Below, piece by piece: positions 51,201 to 63,329 of a stretch of 64,000 nucleotides of DNA. Position 1 is the stretch's first letter. Each line of letters opens with the position of its first letter. Under the pieces are notes generated by a model that saw only the letters and a program-made list of their open reading frames with translations, was not told the origin of the DNA and ran no database searches. The stretch is from Azolla caroliniana. Its lineage: Eukaryota > Plantae > Polypodiophyta. The translations under genes were made by a program, and so were the position numbers. The DNA is taken from the NCBI GenBank assembly GCA_043228905.1, contig JBHGNT010000009.1, positions 12,400,001 to 12,464,000 on the forward strand, given 5' to 3'.

Positions 51201-52515
51201 GCAACAGAAGACCTATTTGCGGCTTGTCCGGATGTGACGGTGAAGATCAGAGATGTGGAGATAGACCAAAATTTCTTCATGCAAGATAAGGTCTCACACT
51301 TCGTGATCCTCGGGAAACCCTTTATCATGGCATCAAGGATGGAGAGGAAGGTGCTCAATAGCGATGCGGCTTTCGCATGAATTCAGAGTCAAAGCGGAGG
51401 GAAATCCGTCCAATTCCTAACTGTGCCCTCGAATCATGAAAGGAACAAGAGGGAGCTCTTGTCCCAAACAAAGATGGATTTTTAGAGCAGATTGTTGTGG
51501 AGTGGGGAAGTGATAGTCCAAGAAGCCCTTATACCCCAAACAGTAAGAAAACTCTCGGAGCAAAACAAGTACAAATCGGTCCGGATGGGGCATCTACGTA
51601 CATGGCCGTAATCGGAGGAATGAACAAAAAATACCAAAAAGTAGAGGATAAGTTACAGTCGGCATCAATAATAAAAGAAAACGAAGAAATCATGGGAGTA
51701 GTCGAAAAAGTGTTCTATGGGAGCATGCTACAATGGCTTGAAGAGCTTGCGAAAGAAAATAGCCAAGGAGACCGGGTAGTTCCAGTGGAATTGGTCGAGA
51801 TGTACGAGATCATTGCGAAAATGGGGCTGGATGCGCTCCACAAAGAAGAAGCAATGGTAAGTACGAAATACAAGACCGTGGAGAAGAAAATGAAATCGTC
51901 CATGGGACCACTACCCGCCGATAGCGAAGAAAAGAGGAAAGAAGTCTCGAGAGATCCAACACTTCGAAAGTCTGTGGATAGCAGACATGCCTTCACGGAT
52001 GAGACCCGGGAAAAACTTCAGATTGGTGGAGGTGGTTTCCTCTTACAAAAAGAAGAAGAACGGTTTCGTGAGATGTTGGAAGAACATGGAAAATCATTTG
52101 CATTCACATCAAAGGAGATAGGGTGCGTTGATCCGAAGATAGTGGAGCCGATGGTGATCTTCACTATTGATCATGTGACGTGGAACTTGAAGCCGATTCT
52201 GGTGCCACGGGCGCATATTCCGAAAGTCATCAACTTGCTCAAGGAGAAGGTGGCGATGGGGATTCTAGAGCCATCAAACGCTCCGTACTCAAATCGATGG
52301 TTTACGGTTTCGAAGAAGAATGGGTCACTCCGGTTTATTCAAGACTTACAACCGGTGAACAAGGTCACGATCCAGAACTCCGGAGTTGGTCCGATAGTGG
52401 ATGAATTTGCGGAAGCATTTTCCAGGCGCGCGATATACTCTATCAGAGACCTATACTCTGGGTATGACCAATTACAACTAGCCGTGGAGAGCCGAGACAT
52501 CACTACCATGCGAAC
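48217..52515 (+). mobile_element. gag-pol: Gypsy D2, 5' part nested in D gag (LTR 48217-48940, tRNA-Trp PBS 48945-48962, gag-PR-RT start)
   Basis: TGTCGT...ACGATA; TGGTGAACCCGACGTGAA; knuckle CIWCDSTEHDRRDC, protease ALIDHGSEIN, RT PYSNRWF..DLYSGYDQ. Confidence 0.9.
49095..49553. mobile_element. Probable solo LTR inserted in D2 gag
   Basis: TGTTA...TAACA termini, TATATAAA, degenerate 5-bp TSD AACGA/AATGG; removal restores ..QRN-GQFNGKDV. Confidence 0.7.
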
Positions 52516-53165
52516 TGATAGGATACTTGTCTCCAACTATGCTCGGCCACAACCGAGACGTCGGATCAATCATAGAAAAATAGGGATGTGGAGAGATGTA
52601 TCTACGCACGAAATAGTAAAGAAGAGAGTGCACAAGATGTTAATGTGGAAAACCACGGCAGCCCTCAGACTGCAAAACATGACTATATCAAGATTACAAC
52701 AATGGGGCACAGAGGCAACGACCTCTTGCTCCCTCACTTCGCCACTAGGCGGTTACAACAGAGGCAACAACCTCTGTATATCACACTCTCTAGCTCTCTT
52801 ACGCACTGTACAGAAGTTACACCCGCAAATAACTCTATCATGATCGCTATTAAGTTTGCCCTAGGTCATATTTATACTAATATGACTTTCAGGCTATTTA
52901 CAAATATAGCTCCAGTGGGCTCTCTAGAACATATTTACATATATGTCCCTTCCATCCGATGAGAGGTTCTCACCGGGCCTGCAACATCCGGTTCTCACTG
53001 GGTCTTCCTTGCCGGGTACTCGTCCTCCGGTTCTCACCGGGTCTTCCATTGCCGGGTACTCCACATCCGGATTCCACACTGTTCTTCTCACTTCCAATCC
53101 GGAGGAACCTGTTTCCTAACAAACTCCCCCTTCACTCCGGCATGGGAAGTCTTACTAGTCCGATC

Positions 53166-56100
53166 TGTTGGAGACAAAGGCCGTCAATGCGGAAGATCTG
53201 ATAGCATTCGATTGAGGTTGAATACCTGCGTATGACAGAATCGAAGATCTTGTGCGACAGAGACAAAGAGAGAGAGAGAGAGAGAGAGAAGGCACAAAGA
53301 GTCTTTCTATTCAATAGAAACAATAATACAACCAACCTTACAAAAAGGTTACAAGGTCACTATATATAGTGACCGACTTAGGGCAACTACCATTTATGCT
53401 AATTACACAAATGGCCCAAACTTGATCTATAGAAAGGGATAGTGTGAATACGTCCATTATACACTTGTATTCGACACTCCCCCGTAATGGGCGTATACAT
53501 GGGTTATCTAAGATTACAGGTATAAACCTAGGTTCTCGGACATATCAGTTTTGTTCGAGTCGGCAGGGTCCGAAGGCAAAAGACCGGACTGGTCGGGTCG
53601 GAAGAGTTGAAGCCGATCATTAGGGAACTGATGTCGGTTGTCTGAAACCATCCTGCGCTGTGTCCGGCTCTAACCGGACTGGTTTGTCGTTACGCCCATC
53701 TGATGCCGAAGGGACCGAAAGCGGTCTGCCGAAAGACACTTGGTCATTCCATCTGCGACATTGTCGGTTGTGGATATTTTCTCTAGACCGATTTTCCCTG
53801 AAATGACGCAGTCCCGAACGAAGTGATATCGAACGTCGATATGTTTGGAGGCGTTGTGGTGAACCGGATTTCTCGACAAGGCAACAGCACCTTGACTGTC
53901 GCTATAGACAACTGGAGCCGAGTCATGGTCGACTTGCCGAAACGTGTGCGCCAGCCGGCCGAGCCACAAAGCTTCTTTTGCAGCGTCGGACGCAGCTACA
54001 TATTCTGCTTCGGTCGTTGAGGTCGCTGTGCACTCCTGAAGTTTCGACTTCCACGAAATTGCTCCATTGCCGAATTTGAAGCAGTATCCGGTTGTTGATT
54101 TCCGACTGTCTATACAGCCGGCGAAGTCCGAGTCGGTGTAACCGACTACGCCTGAGGTTGAGTTCGGACCGAAAAGAATGCCGTGATCTTTTGTGCCAGC
54201 GAGATATTTGAACACATGCTTGACTGCGTTCCAATGCGATCGGCCAGGATTGTGCATAAATCTGCTAACGACTCCTACGGCATGAGAAATATCAGGCCGT
54301 GTCGCGACCATCAGGTACATAAGGGAGCCGACTGCCGGTGCATACGGTACCGACTTCATATCTTCCCCCTCCGGACCGGATGTCGGGCAGTCTCGCTGAG
54401 AGAGCCGAAGATTCATGGGGAGCGGGGTTGAAGCAGATTTGGCTGATTGCATGTTGAAGCGTTCCAAGACACGTCCGATATAGTCGGTCTGAGACAAAAA
54501 AAGATGTCGTTTATCGCGATGCCGACTAATCTTCATGCCAAGTATGTGTCGTGCCGGACCGAGGTCCTTCATGGCAAACTTCAACCGCAGTTGCCGAATG
54601 AGATCGACAAGTTCGCCCGCGTGGCGTCCAGAAATTAGCATGTCGTCCACGTAAATGATGAGGAAGATGGGTGATCCATCTTGAGCTGTGTTGGTAAAAA
54701 GACAATGGTCCTCATCGCTTTTTGAGAAGCCGATCGATTGGATGAAGTCGTCGAACTTCTTGTACCATTGTCGCGGTGCCTGTTTGAGGCCGTATAGACT
54801 CTTCCTGAGTCGGCAGACTAGATGTTCTTGGCCAGTTGCCACGAAGCCTTTTGGCTGTTCCATATAAATTTCCTCTTCAAGATCACCATGGAGGAAGGCT
54901 GTTTTGACATCTAGCTGAATCAGCTCCAAGTTGTCGGCTGCCACTACGCCGAGCAGAAAACGAAGGGTTGTCATTTTCACCACTGGTGAAAAAATCTCGT
55001 CGAAGTCGACGCCATATTCTTGTTGGAAGCCCTTCGCAACTAATCTGGCCTTGTACTTTGGGGTGGTCGAATCAGACGTCTCTTTTAGTCGATAAACCCA
55101 CTTGCAAGGAAGAGCACATCGATTCTTAGGTAGTTCGACCAGATCCCAAGTCTTGTTTGCCCGAATGGAGTGCATTTCCGACTCCATCGCCAGATGCCAG
55201 GTGGCTGAATCGACAGATGTCGATGCTTCTTCGTAAGACGTCGGTTCGCCGGCGTCGGTGAAGAAAATTCCAGGAGAATACCTCTCCGGAGGTTGCGACA
55301 GTCTCTCGGATCGTCGAGGTATGATTGGACTGGTCGCATCGGGTATCGAGGTCGGATGGTCCGAAAGCGAATTATTCTGCTGTGCCGAGTCAGAGTTGTT
55401 CGAGTCGGTGGTGTAAGGTTCAGCTACCCGTGAAGCTGACCGTGTGTTAAGAGCGGGGCCTTCTTGAAGGGTCGGCACATCGGAAAATGTTACCCTTCGG
55501 ACTTCGATCGGTTTTTCGACTGATGGATTCATAGCCGACTCGTTGAACACAACGTCCGAACTTCGAACGATTTGTCTGCGTTCGGGGTCCCAGAGTCGGT
55601 ATCCCATTTCGCCGTCTGATCCATATCCAAGGAAAATGCATTTCCTGGACCGAGGTGCAAGTTTTCGGCGATCATCTTTCGGAATAAGGGCGTATGCCTC
55701 GCATCCGAAGATCCTCAGCTTGTCGTAATTCGGCTTACTGCCGATCCATAGTTCCTGAGGAATTTGAAGTCCTAGAGGTCTGCTTGGCGACATATTGATT
55801 ATGTGTACTGCCGTGAGTAGAGCCTCTGCCCAGAAGCCATCCGACAGTCCGGAGTGTTGGAGCATGGAAACTATCCGTTCTTGGATTGTCCGATTCATGC
55901 GTTCTGCAATCCCGTTTTGCTCCGGACTGTGTGGTGTCGTAAATTCACGTCGGATGCCGCGTTGTCGGCAGAATTTGACGAATTCTTCTTATTTGAACTC
56001 TCCCCCATTGTCGGTCCGAAAGCATTTCAGTTTTCGGTCAGTTTGATTTTCTACCATAGCGAGCCAATCGGAGAAGATCGAGAAGACACGATCTTTGGTG

Positions 56101-58708
56101 CGAATTGGATAAGCCCACACCTTTCGAGTTGAATCGTCAATAAAACTGACGAAGTAAGAGGCACCGCCAAGAGACTGATGCGGCATTGGGCCACAGACGT
56201 CCGAGTGGACTAAATCGAGAGGTCTCATTTCTCTTGGTGCTGATGTCGGGTGTGATGCGGCTACTTGTTTGCCATACTGGCAATGTTCGCAGAATTGATG
56301 GTCCGAGAAGGAGAGTTTAGGGATGTATCCGGCTCTGGATAGGTGCGTAATGCCGGCCTTGCTGAGGTGTCCTAATCTTCTGTGCCATAGTGATGACACG
56401 GGAATATCCACCAAAAACAGGTTACCCTCTCTGAGCGTAACATGTAACGGATACAGTGAGTGTATCTTGGGTCCTCTAGCAAGCAGGCGGTTCCCCCTGT
56501 GGAGTGTCCACCCTCCCGAAGAAAAACCGGAACGAATGCCGTCTTCATCTAGTTGTCCGACTGAGATCAATGGCCTTGAGAGCTCGGGTACATGTCGGAC
56601 ATTGTGAAGTACAAGTGTAGAGCCACCTGCAAGGTTGAGCTCTACTGTGCCGATTCCAATGATGTCACAGTGTTGCGAGTTGCCGACTCGAACTGAGTCG
56701 GAGTGACGGATCGTATATTGCCGAAATTGGGATCGATGAGGAGTCACGTGAAATGACGCGCCCGAATCTAAGAGCCATGTGCTCGATTCTTCAGTTGTGA
56801 GCAAAACTTCTAATCCGACTGGATTTTCGATTGATAGTATATTCGGGTCGTTTGGTAGCACATCAGCTGAGAAGCTGACGTAATTGATCTCCTCATGCCG
56901 GCCACTCTTCTTGTCTGATTTCTGAGACTTGTCATTCTTGTTCTTGAGTGCGCGGCAGTCGGCTTTGATGTGTCCGGGTTTCTTGCAATAGTTGCAGATT
57001 CGATTATCCCGTGACTGGCTCCGTCTTCGCTGATTGTTCGGCTGCCGTGAGGAATCTCTTCCTCGTATGTTCGATCGGTCTGTCGAACCTTGTACTACAT
57101 AAGCGTCGTCTGTTGAGTCTTTGGCGAAAGACTTTCTCCGAGCTGCTTCGGTCAGGATTGCGCTCGTGACTTCGGAGTATTTAACAGCCGTGGTTGACGC
57201 GTTGCACACGGTTGTGACGAAAGTTTCCCATGATGAGGGAAGGCTGCTCATGAGTATCATTGCTCTGAGTTCATCCTCGATTGCCGTCCCCTGAGATGAG
57301 ATTTGGGAGGTTATGCTTTCGTACTCATTGAGATGTGCTTGAACCGAATCTGATTCTTTCATCCGCAAGTTGTAGAGGCGCCGGATCAGAAACATCTTTG
57401 TTGCAGCGACCTTCTTTTCGTAAGTGTCCGACAGTGTTTTCCACAGTTCGAATGCTGTCGTACACGATTGCACCGTAAAGTATACCGATTCCGATAGGTG
57501 CATCCGAATCGTGGCGCGGACGATTCTGTCCAGCTTCTGCCACTCAATTGGTTTGTATCCTTCTGGAGGTTCTTCATTTTCGATGGGATCGATTTGCCCC
57601 TTGACTATGAGATAGTCCTGCATTTGCTCCTTCCAGAAGTTGAAGTTCGATCCATCGAACTTTCGTAGACTCATTTCTGACGAGCCGGATGTTGATGCCA
57701 TCAAATTTGGTTTCGGTTGACGAAGCTCGGTTCGGAGTTGACTACGAACCTTGTTGGAGTGCAGCCGGTTGGCTCACCCGATATCGTTCTAGTCGGATTT
57801 GAACCCGAGTCGGTTCGGCTTCGGATATATGTATTGTTGAACTTGCTCGAATTGACTACGGTAACTTGAGGGACAGAACCGACTGGTCTTCCCGAATGTT
57901 GCCGAGTCGGAGTGAGCCCGGTTCGCTTCCGAATATATATGCCAAATACCGATTATTGAAACCGATTGTCTGGACCGATTCTGCTTCGGGTGACTGCAGC
58001 GACGAGAGAGACAGATCCAACTGATCCTCCCGAATGTCAATCAGCCGGATGAAGCACGAATTTGGGTAGTTGTCTTGAGACCGATCTGCACCGAGTGGTT
58101 ACAATGAGCTGCGAGCAGCGTTTGATGACCTCTTCGGATGCCGTTTAACCGAGTGGAGCACGATCGTGTCAATGTTGCACAAGGGGATTTCACCTCGAGC
58201 GGTTACGATCACAAGGAACAGAGTACAACCGGCTGGCTTACTCCAAGCGAAGATGATCTAACGCGATGAGATGCAAGCCTCGTTTTTCTTCTTCTTCTCT
58301 CTTCTTCGAATGACGCAAGAAACCGAATGTTGTGCAGGCTGAGACGACGGCCGACAGCGGGTTGAAGGAATCGAGTACTGTGCAGGCTCTGATACCAGAT
58401 GTTGGAGACAAAGGCCGTCAATGCGGAAGATCTGATAGCATTCGATTGAGGTTGAATACCTGCGTATGACAGAATCGAAGATCTTGTGCGACAGAGACAA
58501 AGAGAGAGAGAGAGAGAGAGAAGGCACAAAGAGTCTTTCTATTCAATAGAAACAATAATACAACCAACCTTACAAAAAGGTTACAAGGTCACTATATATA
58601 GTGACCGACTTAGGGCAACTACCATTTATGCTAATTACACAAATGGCCCAAACTTGATCTATAGAAAGGGATAGTGTGAATACGTCCATTATACACTTGT
58701 ATTCGACA
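53166..58708 (-). mobile_element. Complete, very recent Copia M
   Basis: LTRs 53166-53476 and 58400-58708 look identical except for one AG unit; TSD CGATC; PBS-Met 58386-58397; PPT 53477-53483. Confidence 0.97.
53670..57704 (-). pseudogene. gag-pol: Copia M gag-pol, one in-frame TAA at 55989-55991
   Basis: ORFs 55989-57704 and 53670-55898 share a frame; all domains present (CNYCKKPGHIKADC, DSGAS, DNGGEF, YVDD, RNase H). Confidence 0.95.
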
Positions 58709-60974
58709 CGATCCGCTTCCGACATGCATCCAGCTTGTCGGGTATCAGTACTTTGGTCAACATATTTGACCCGTTCTTGGTCGTGTGGATCTTCGTCAGC
58801 GCAAACTCTCGATCTTCTACTTGCTCCCAGATCCAGTGATACCTACGCTGGATGTGCTTCGTTCTGGAATGGTATGCTGCATTCTTAGCAAGGTGGATGG
58901 CACTTTGACTGTCGCAATAGAGCCGGTATTTATCTTGCCGTATACCGAGCTCTCCGATGAAGTCCTTCATCCATAATATTTCCTTGCCGGCTTCAATAAC
59001 CGACATGTACTCCGCCTCCGTGGTTTACAACGCAACCGTCTTCTGCAGCCTCGACTACCGGGGTAAATATCTCGTCGAAGTTCACGCCCTTCTTCTACTG
59101 GAACCCCTTCGCCACGATCCTGGCTTTGTATCTCGGGGGAGTGCCCGCTTTCCTTTCGGCAACTCCACTAATTCATACGTATGGTTCTCATGCAGGGAAT
59201 CCATCTCATCCTGCATGGCACTTAACCATTTGCGGCTATGGGCATCACTTTTAGCTTCCTCGAAGCTTTCTAGCTCCCCCTCATCGGTTAGCAACACGTT
59301 GTCGCGTTGTTACGCGCGTGCGTGGAGAAAGGCGGGACCACGGGGGTCTTGGGCGAGAGAGTGATGGAGCGTAGAGAGTCGTGTTGCACTGTTTCTGGGG
59401 CATCCCAGAAACACACCGGAAGCAACCGAAGGGAGAGAGAGAGAGAGAGAGAGCGTGCTTAACACCGACTCATGTACACACACACACGCACGCACGCACG
59501 CGCAACTCAACCCGACTCACGCCTTATGTACAGAAAACGCAGGAGAGGGTAAGCACCCGACGCCAACAACGACACGAATATACACAGACAAACATAAACG
59601 TATATGTATGTATATATATACGAAGAATACATTCCCGGCTTCGAGCTGGACTGAGGTGGTTTACAGTAGTCGTCTGCTGCCAAGCCGTCGTCGGGGAGCT
59701 CTCAGCTCGTCGCGCCGAGCGGGGTCTTGCACAGGAGGCCGAACCAAAGCAAACCCTAAGCGAAACACAAAGAAGGAGAAGAAGAAGAACCTAACTCTAA
59801 ACCTAACGGTATAGCCTCTATTGCAAAATGGGCAACCCTTTTCCAAAGGGCATTCCCTTTCTTTTATAGAACAAGGAAGGGGATGCGTTACAATGTGGGA
59901 CAAATCCCGCCTTCCATGGGATCGTCTGCCTGGTCCTGACTACTCTTCGGCGCCATAAAGGCGCCCTCAATATTCACACTAAATGTACATGGGTGCGTAC
60001 ATACGCTGCACCCCACCGATGTAGCCAATGTTTCCTAGTTTCCGCCTCTGGCCGAAATTCTTCACGACATCTGCCCCCACCTAACTGCACGTCCACCGGT
60101 ACGTGCCAAATCTGGTTGAAGGGTGAGAGATTTTGGCCGGTGAGAAACCGGTCTCCCGTGATCCGCATCTCGGCTCGTTGCCGGTTTGATCCGTCGGCTC
60201 CGAGTCTTCCTTCGCGCTCGCCTCCCCGTACGCTCGTTCGACCCGTCGATGGGTCCTCTGCCGCGATCTCTGTAGTACGCGTACTTCCGTTGGCCCTTGT
60301 TCGGCCGTATGAACGCCCCGCTTCCCGCCGTAGGCCCGATGTCCTCCGCTTGAGGCATGCCCGTAGTGGCCCGCTTGGCCCCCGTTGACCAACCGTGATG
60401 TCCTGATGTTGTTTTGAGTTGGCTTGGTCCTTTCACCGCCACCTTCCTTCTCCATGGTCTTACATTGCCGCGTCGGCTCGAACCGCCATGGTCTCCGGAA
60501 CGGTGTGGAGGATCCCTTTCCGGTCTTCTCCGCGATACCTCTGAACCGTGCAACCTATCTCCGCACTCGCCTTTCCGCTCTGGCACCTCCGTGTGCCACA
60601 TACCCTGGTCCGTTGTTTGGCACCGCCTGTGCCGTACTCCGGTTCATTGCACGCCTCGTTGGCCCCTTTCCCGGGCAGATCGTGCATCGCCGCTCACCCG
60701 CATATCGGTGTCCTTTGCATCCGAGGAACACCCCGTAGTAGCCCGCTTGGCCCTCCCCGTCTTCGTGCTGCCGCGATAGGTCCTGAGTCTTCCACTTCCT
60801 TCGTTCGGCCCGCCCGTGCCGAACACCATCCCGTAGTCACGCCTCGATCCGGCCCGCGATGGCCACTTGCGAGACTCTTGTTTTGTCCAAGGTGTGCCTT
60901 TCCGGCCTGATACACCTCCCCGTGTTCACCCCTACCAGCTCCTTCCGATACCTCGTGTCGTCGGATCTCATTCC

Positions 60975-61760
60975 CTACCGCCACCGTCCTTCTCCCTCGG
61001 TCTCACGTTGCCACGTTGGCCGAACTGCCGGAGTCTCCGGATCGGTGTGAGGGTTCCATAGGACCGGACTCTGTTTCTATGCTTGCCGAAACTAGGGTGT
61101 CTTTTGTTTGAGTCCCTCCCGGACTCTCCTCGTCTCGTCCGCGTAGTCGGGTTTCATTTCCCGCCGCCACCAACCTTCTCTCTCGGTCTCATGTTGCCAC
61201 GTTGGCCGAACTGCCGGAGTCTCTGGTTAAGTGTGGGGATCCTGTAGGACCGGACTTCCTTACGCCCATTGTCTTTGTCACCTCGCCGCCACCGTCAGTA
61301 TCTTGGTCTTACGTCAGCCGCGTTGCCGACCGCCGAAGTCTCTAGAACCGGTGTGAAGGATCCTCCGTAGACCGCCCATCCGTAGCCCTTGCCTTCGTCA
61401 CCTCGCCGCCACCGTCAGTATCTTGGTCTTACGTCGGCCGCGTTGCCGACCGCCGAAGTCTCTAGAACCGGTGTGAAGGATCCTCCGTAGACCGCCCATC
61501 CGTAGCCCTTGCCTTCGTCACCTCGCCGTCGCCGTCAGTATCTTGGTCTTACGTCGGCCGCGTTACCGACCGCCGAAGTCTCTAGAATCGGTGTGAAGGA
61601 TCCTCCGTAGACCTTCGTTGCCTTCTTGACCCTGTCCCGGGTCGTCCTTTTTCGGATTGCTGATTCCGTTCTCCTGTCGCCACCGATCTCTCTTATAAGA
61701 CTCACGCCGGCACTCAGGCCTGTAGCCGGTTCGGTGTAAGGAATCCCATAGGACCGGCTT
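60975..61760. repeat. 120-bp tandem repeat x3 (about 61276-61615) with diverged flanking copies
   Basis: CCGTCAGTATCTTGGTCTTACGTC recurs at exact 120-bp spacing. Confidence 0.92.
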
Positions 61761-61856
61761 TCATTCTCGTTCATAATCTTGACCTTCGCTCGGTCGGTCT
61801 TTCTCCCCATGTAAAAGAGGGCGGCTTGTCCCGCACCCCCTCCCGAATCGGCGCCT

Positions 61857-63296
61857 TTATGCCGAGCACGTCCTCGATCGAACGACCCACGACCGGATCA
61901 CGCTCCACCCGTATCGGAATGCCGATCTCCACGTGTTGTGTCCGTCCTCAGCCTTCCCGCAGGCCGTCTCCCATCCGTCTTCGCTGGCATCGTGCCAGGA
62001 CTCCTCGGTACCGCCATCCATCTCCTCGATCTTATATGGGCATACGGGCCCGAATGCCGAGTTCTCCGGAATTGGGTCCGTGGGCTTTTGTCCGCTCCTA
62101 CCCCGTATCGTCTCGCCGGTGATTCTTGGCCTTTCGCCGCCGCCTTCCTCCGCTTGGGACTCACGTGGGCACTCGGGCCCGACTGCCATCGTCTCGGGAG
62201 TAAGTGTGGGAAGACACAAAGAATCGCCCGTCCGTTTTACGCCCTTGTCCGTAGCCACCGGCTCTCCGTGGTCGGCGGTCGTCTTCTTACCGATCGCGCA
62301 AGCCCCGTCTGGGCTTCCTTCTCCAATGACCGGGATCTCGGGTTGACACGCCCGAAACCGCTGGTCCCAACGTTCTGGTTCCGCGATCGGTATCTCGGCC
62401 TCGTCCTTGGTCGTTCTATCTCCGCAAGTCGAGAGGGCGTTTTGTTCCACACCCTCTCCCGTGGTACCGTGGTACCGATCTTCCGCCGTCGCGTGGGGCA
62501 AGTCCATCTCCTTGGTCTCGGCTTCCGGCCTTGATCTTCCCTCTTCCTCGAGCATCGCTTTGAGAGCTGCGTACGCCTCCGCAATCCTGGCCCCAACGCC
62601 GATCCTTGCCAACTCCCTTTTCCGTTCGGCCTCTTCCCGTTGTGATGGCACGCCATCGCGTACCTTCCTCCTAGCCTTCTCGGCTCGCTCGTTGTCTAGC
62701 CGTTGGCACACATTTCCGACCTTCGCCCAGTCCTCCGTAAGCCCATTCGCTCCATCATCGTCTTCGAGTTCAATCCCGATGGCTTCCCATTCCGCTCGGT
62801 CGATCGACCTGACGAACAATAGGACCTTGTCCGCCCCCACCAAACCTTGTTCCCGCTCCGGGAGCCGAGCAAGCCGATGCTCGAACTCTCGGAACGCCTT
62901 CATTGCACCCCGGTGGGTTTTTGCCGTTGCTACCCACTGGTCGAAATCGTGTCATCCCCGGCTCTTTCGCCGTCCTCTGTATGCCTTCAAGAGCGCCTCT
63001 TCGAAGGCCTCCCACGAACTATGAGCCTCACGGAGCTCCTTCACTTCCGCATGCATCCGGACAGCTACGACCCGACGGAAGAACTCCAGCCTCAACGCCT
63101 CGTCTACGCCACACTCCTCCATTTCCGCGTTGTAGGCTTCTAGGTAAGATGGGACTTTGTCCCCGTTGAAACGGCCGACTCTTTCGACCACTCGCTCAAC
63201 CGCTTGTTGCGCTGCTTCTTGCCTCATCACCACTCGTGCCAACTCCAACACCACTTCGGCCACCATCTCCGCAAGGTCGTCGTCTTCTAACTCCAT
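61857..63296 (-). pseudogene. gag: Gag-like protein of N, frameshift near 62930
   Basis: GRFNGDKVPSYLEAYNAEM and FEHRLARL..DKVLLF..LED...GLTEDW align with D2 gag (FESRFGRL..EKVIMF..LLED...GLTDTW). Confidence 0.82.
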
Positions 63297-63311
63297 CCTC
63301 CGTCCCCGCCT

Positions 63312-63329
63312 TTCACGTCGGGTTCACCA
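63312..63329 (-). promoter_or_regulatory. Primer-binding site complementary to the 3' end of tRNA-Trp
   Basis: Plus strand TTCACGTCGGGTTCACCA equals the 3' 18 nt of plant cytosolic tRNA-Trp(CCA) as I recall it; 4 nt from the LTR. Confidence 0.85.

Larger units (their letters stand above)
52516..59299 (-). mobile_element. Copia L, 3' part (LTR 52516-53121, RNase H, internally deleted RT); contains M
   Basis: Minus-strand PPT at about 53122-53133; RNase H 58714-59055; RT start 59082-59297. Confidence 0.85.

Noticed and set aside
51497-52843. C-terminal 110 aa of the 448-aa ORF as a new domain
   Set aside because: After TTMRT (52515) the frame runs into the antisense LTR of L.
63312-63329. tRNA-Trp gene
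   Set aside because: Only the 3' 18 nt including CCA are present, next to an LTR, so it is a PBS.
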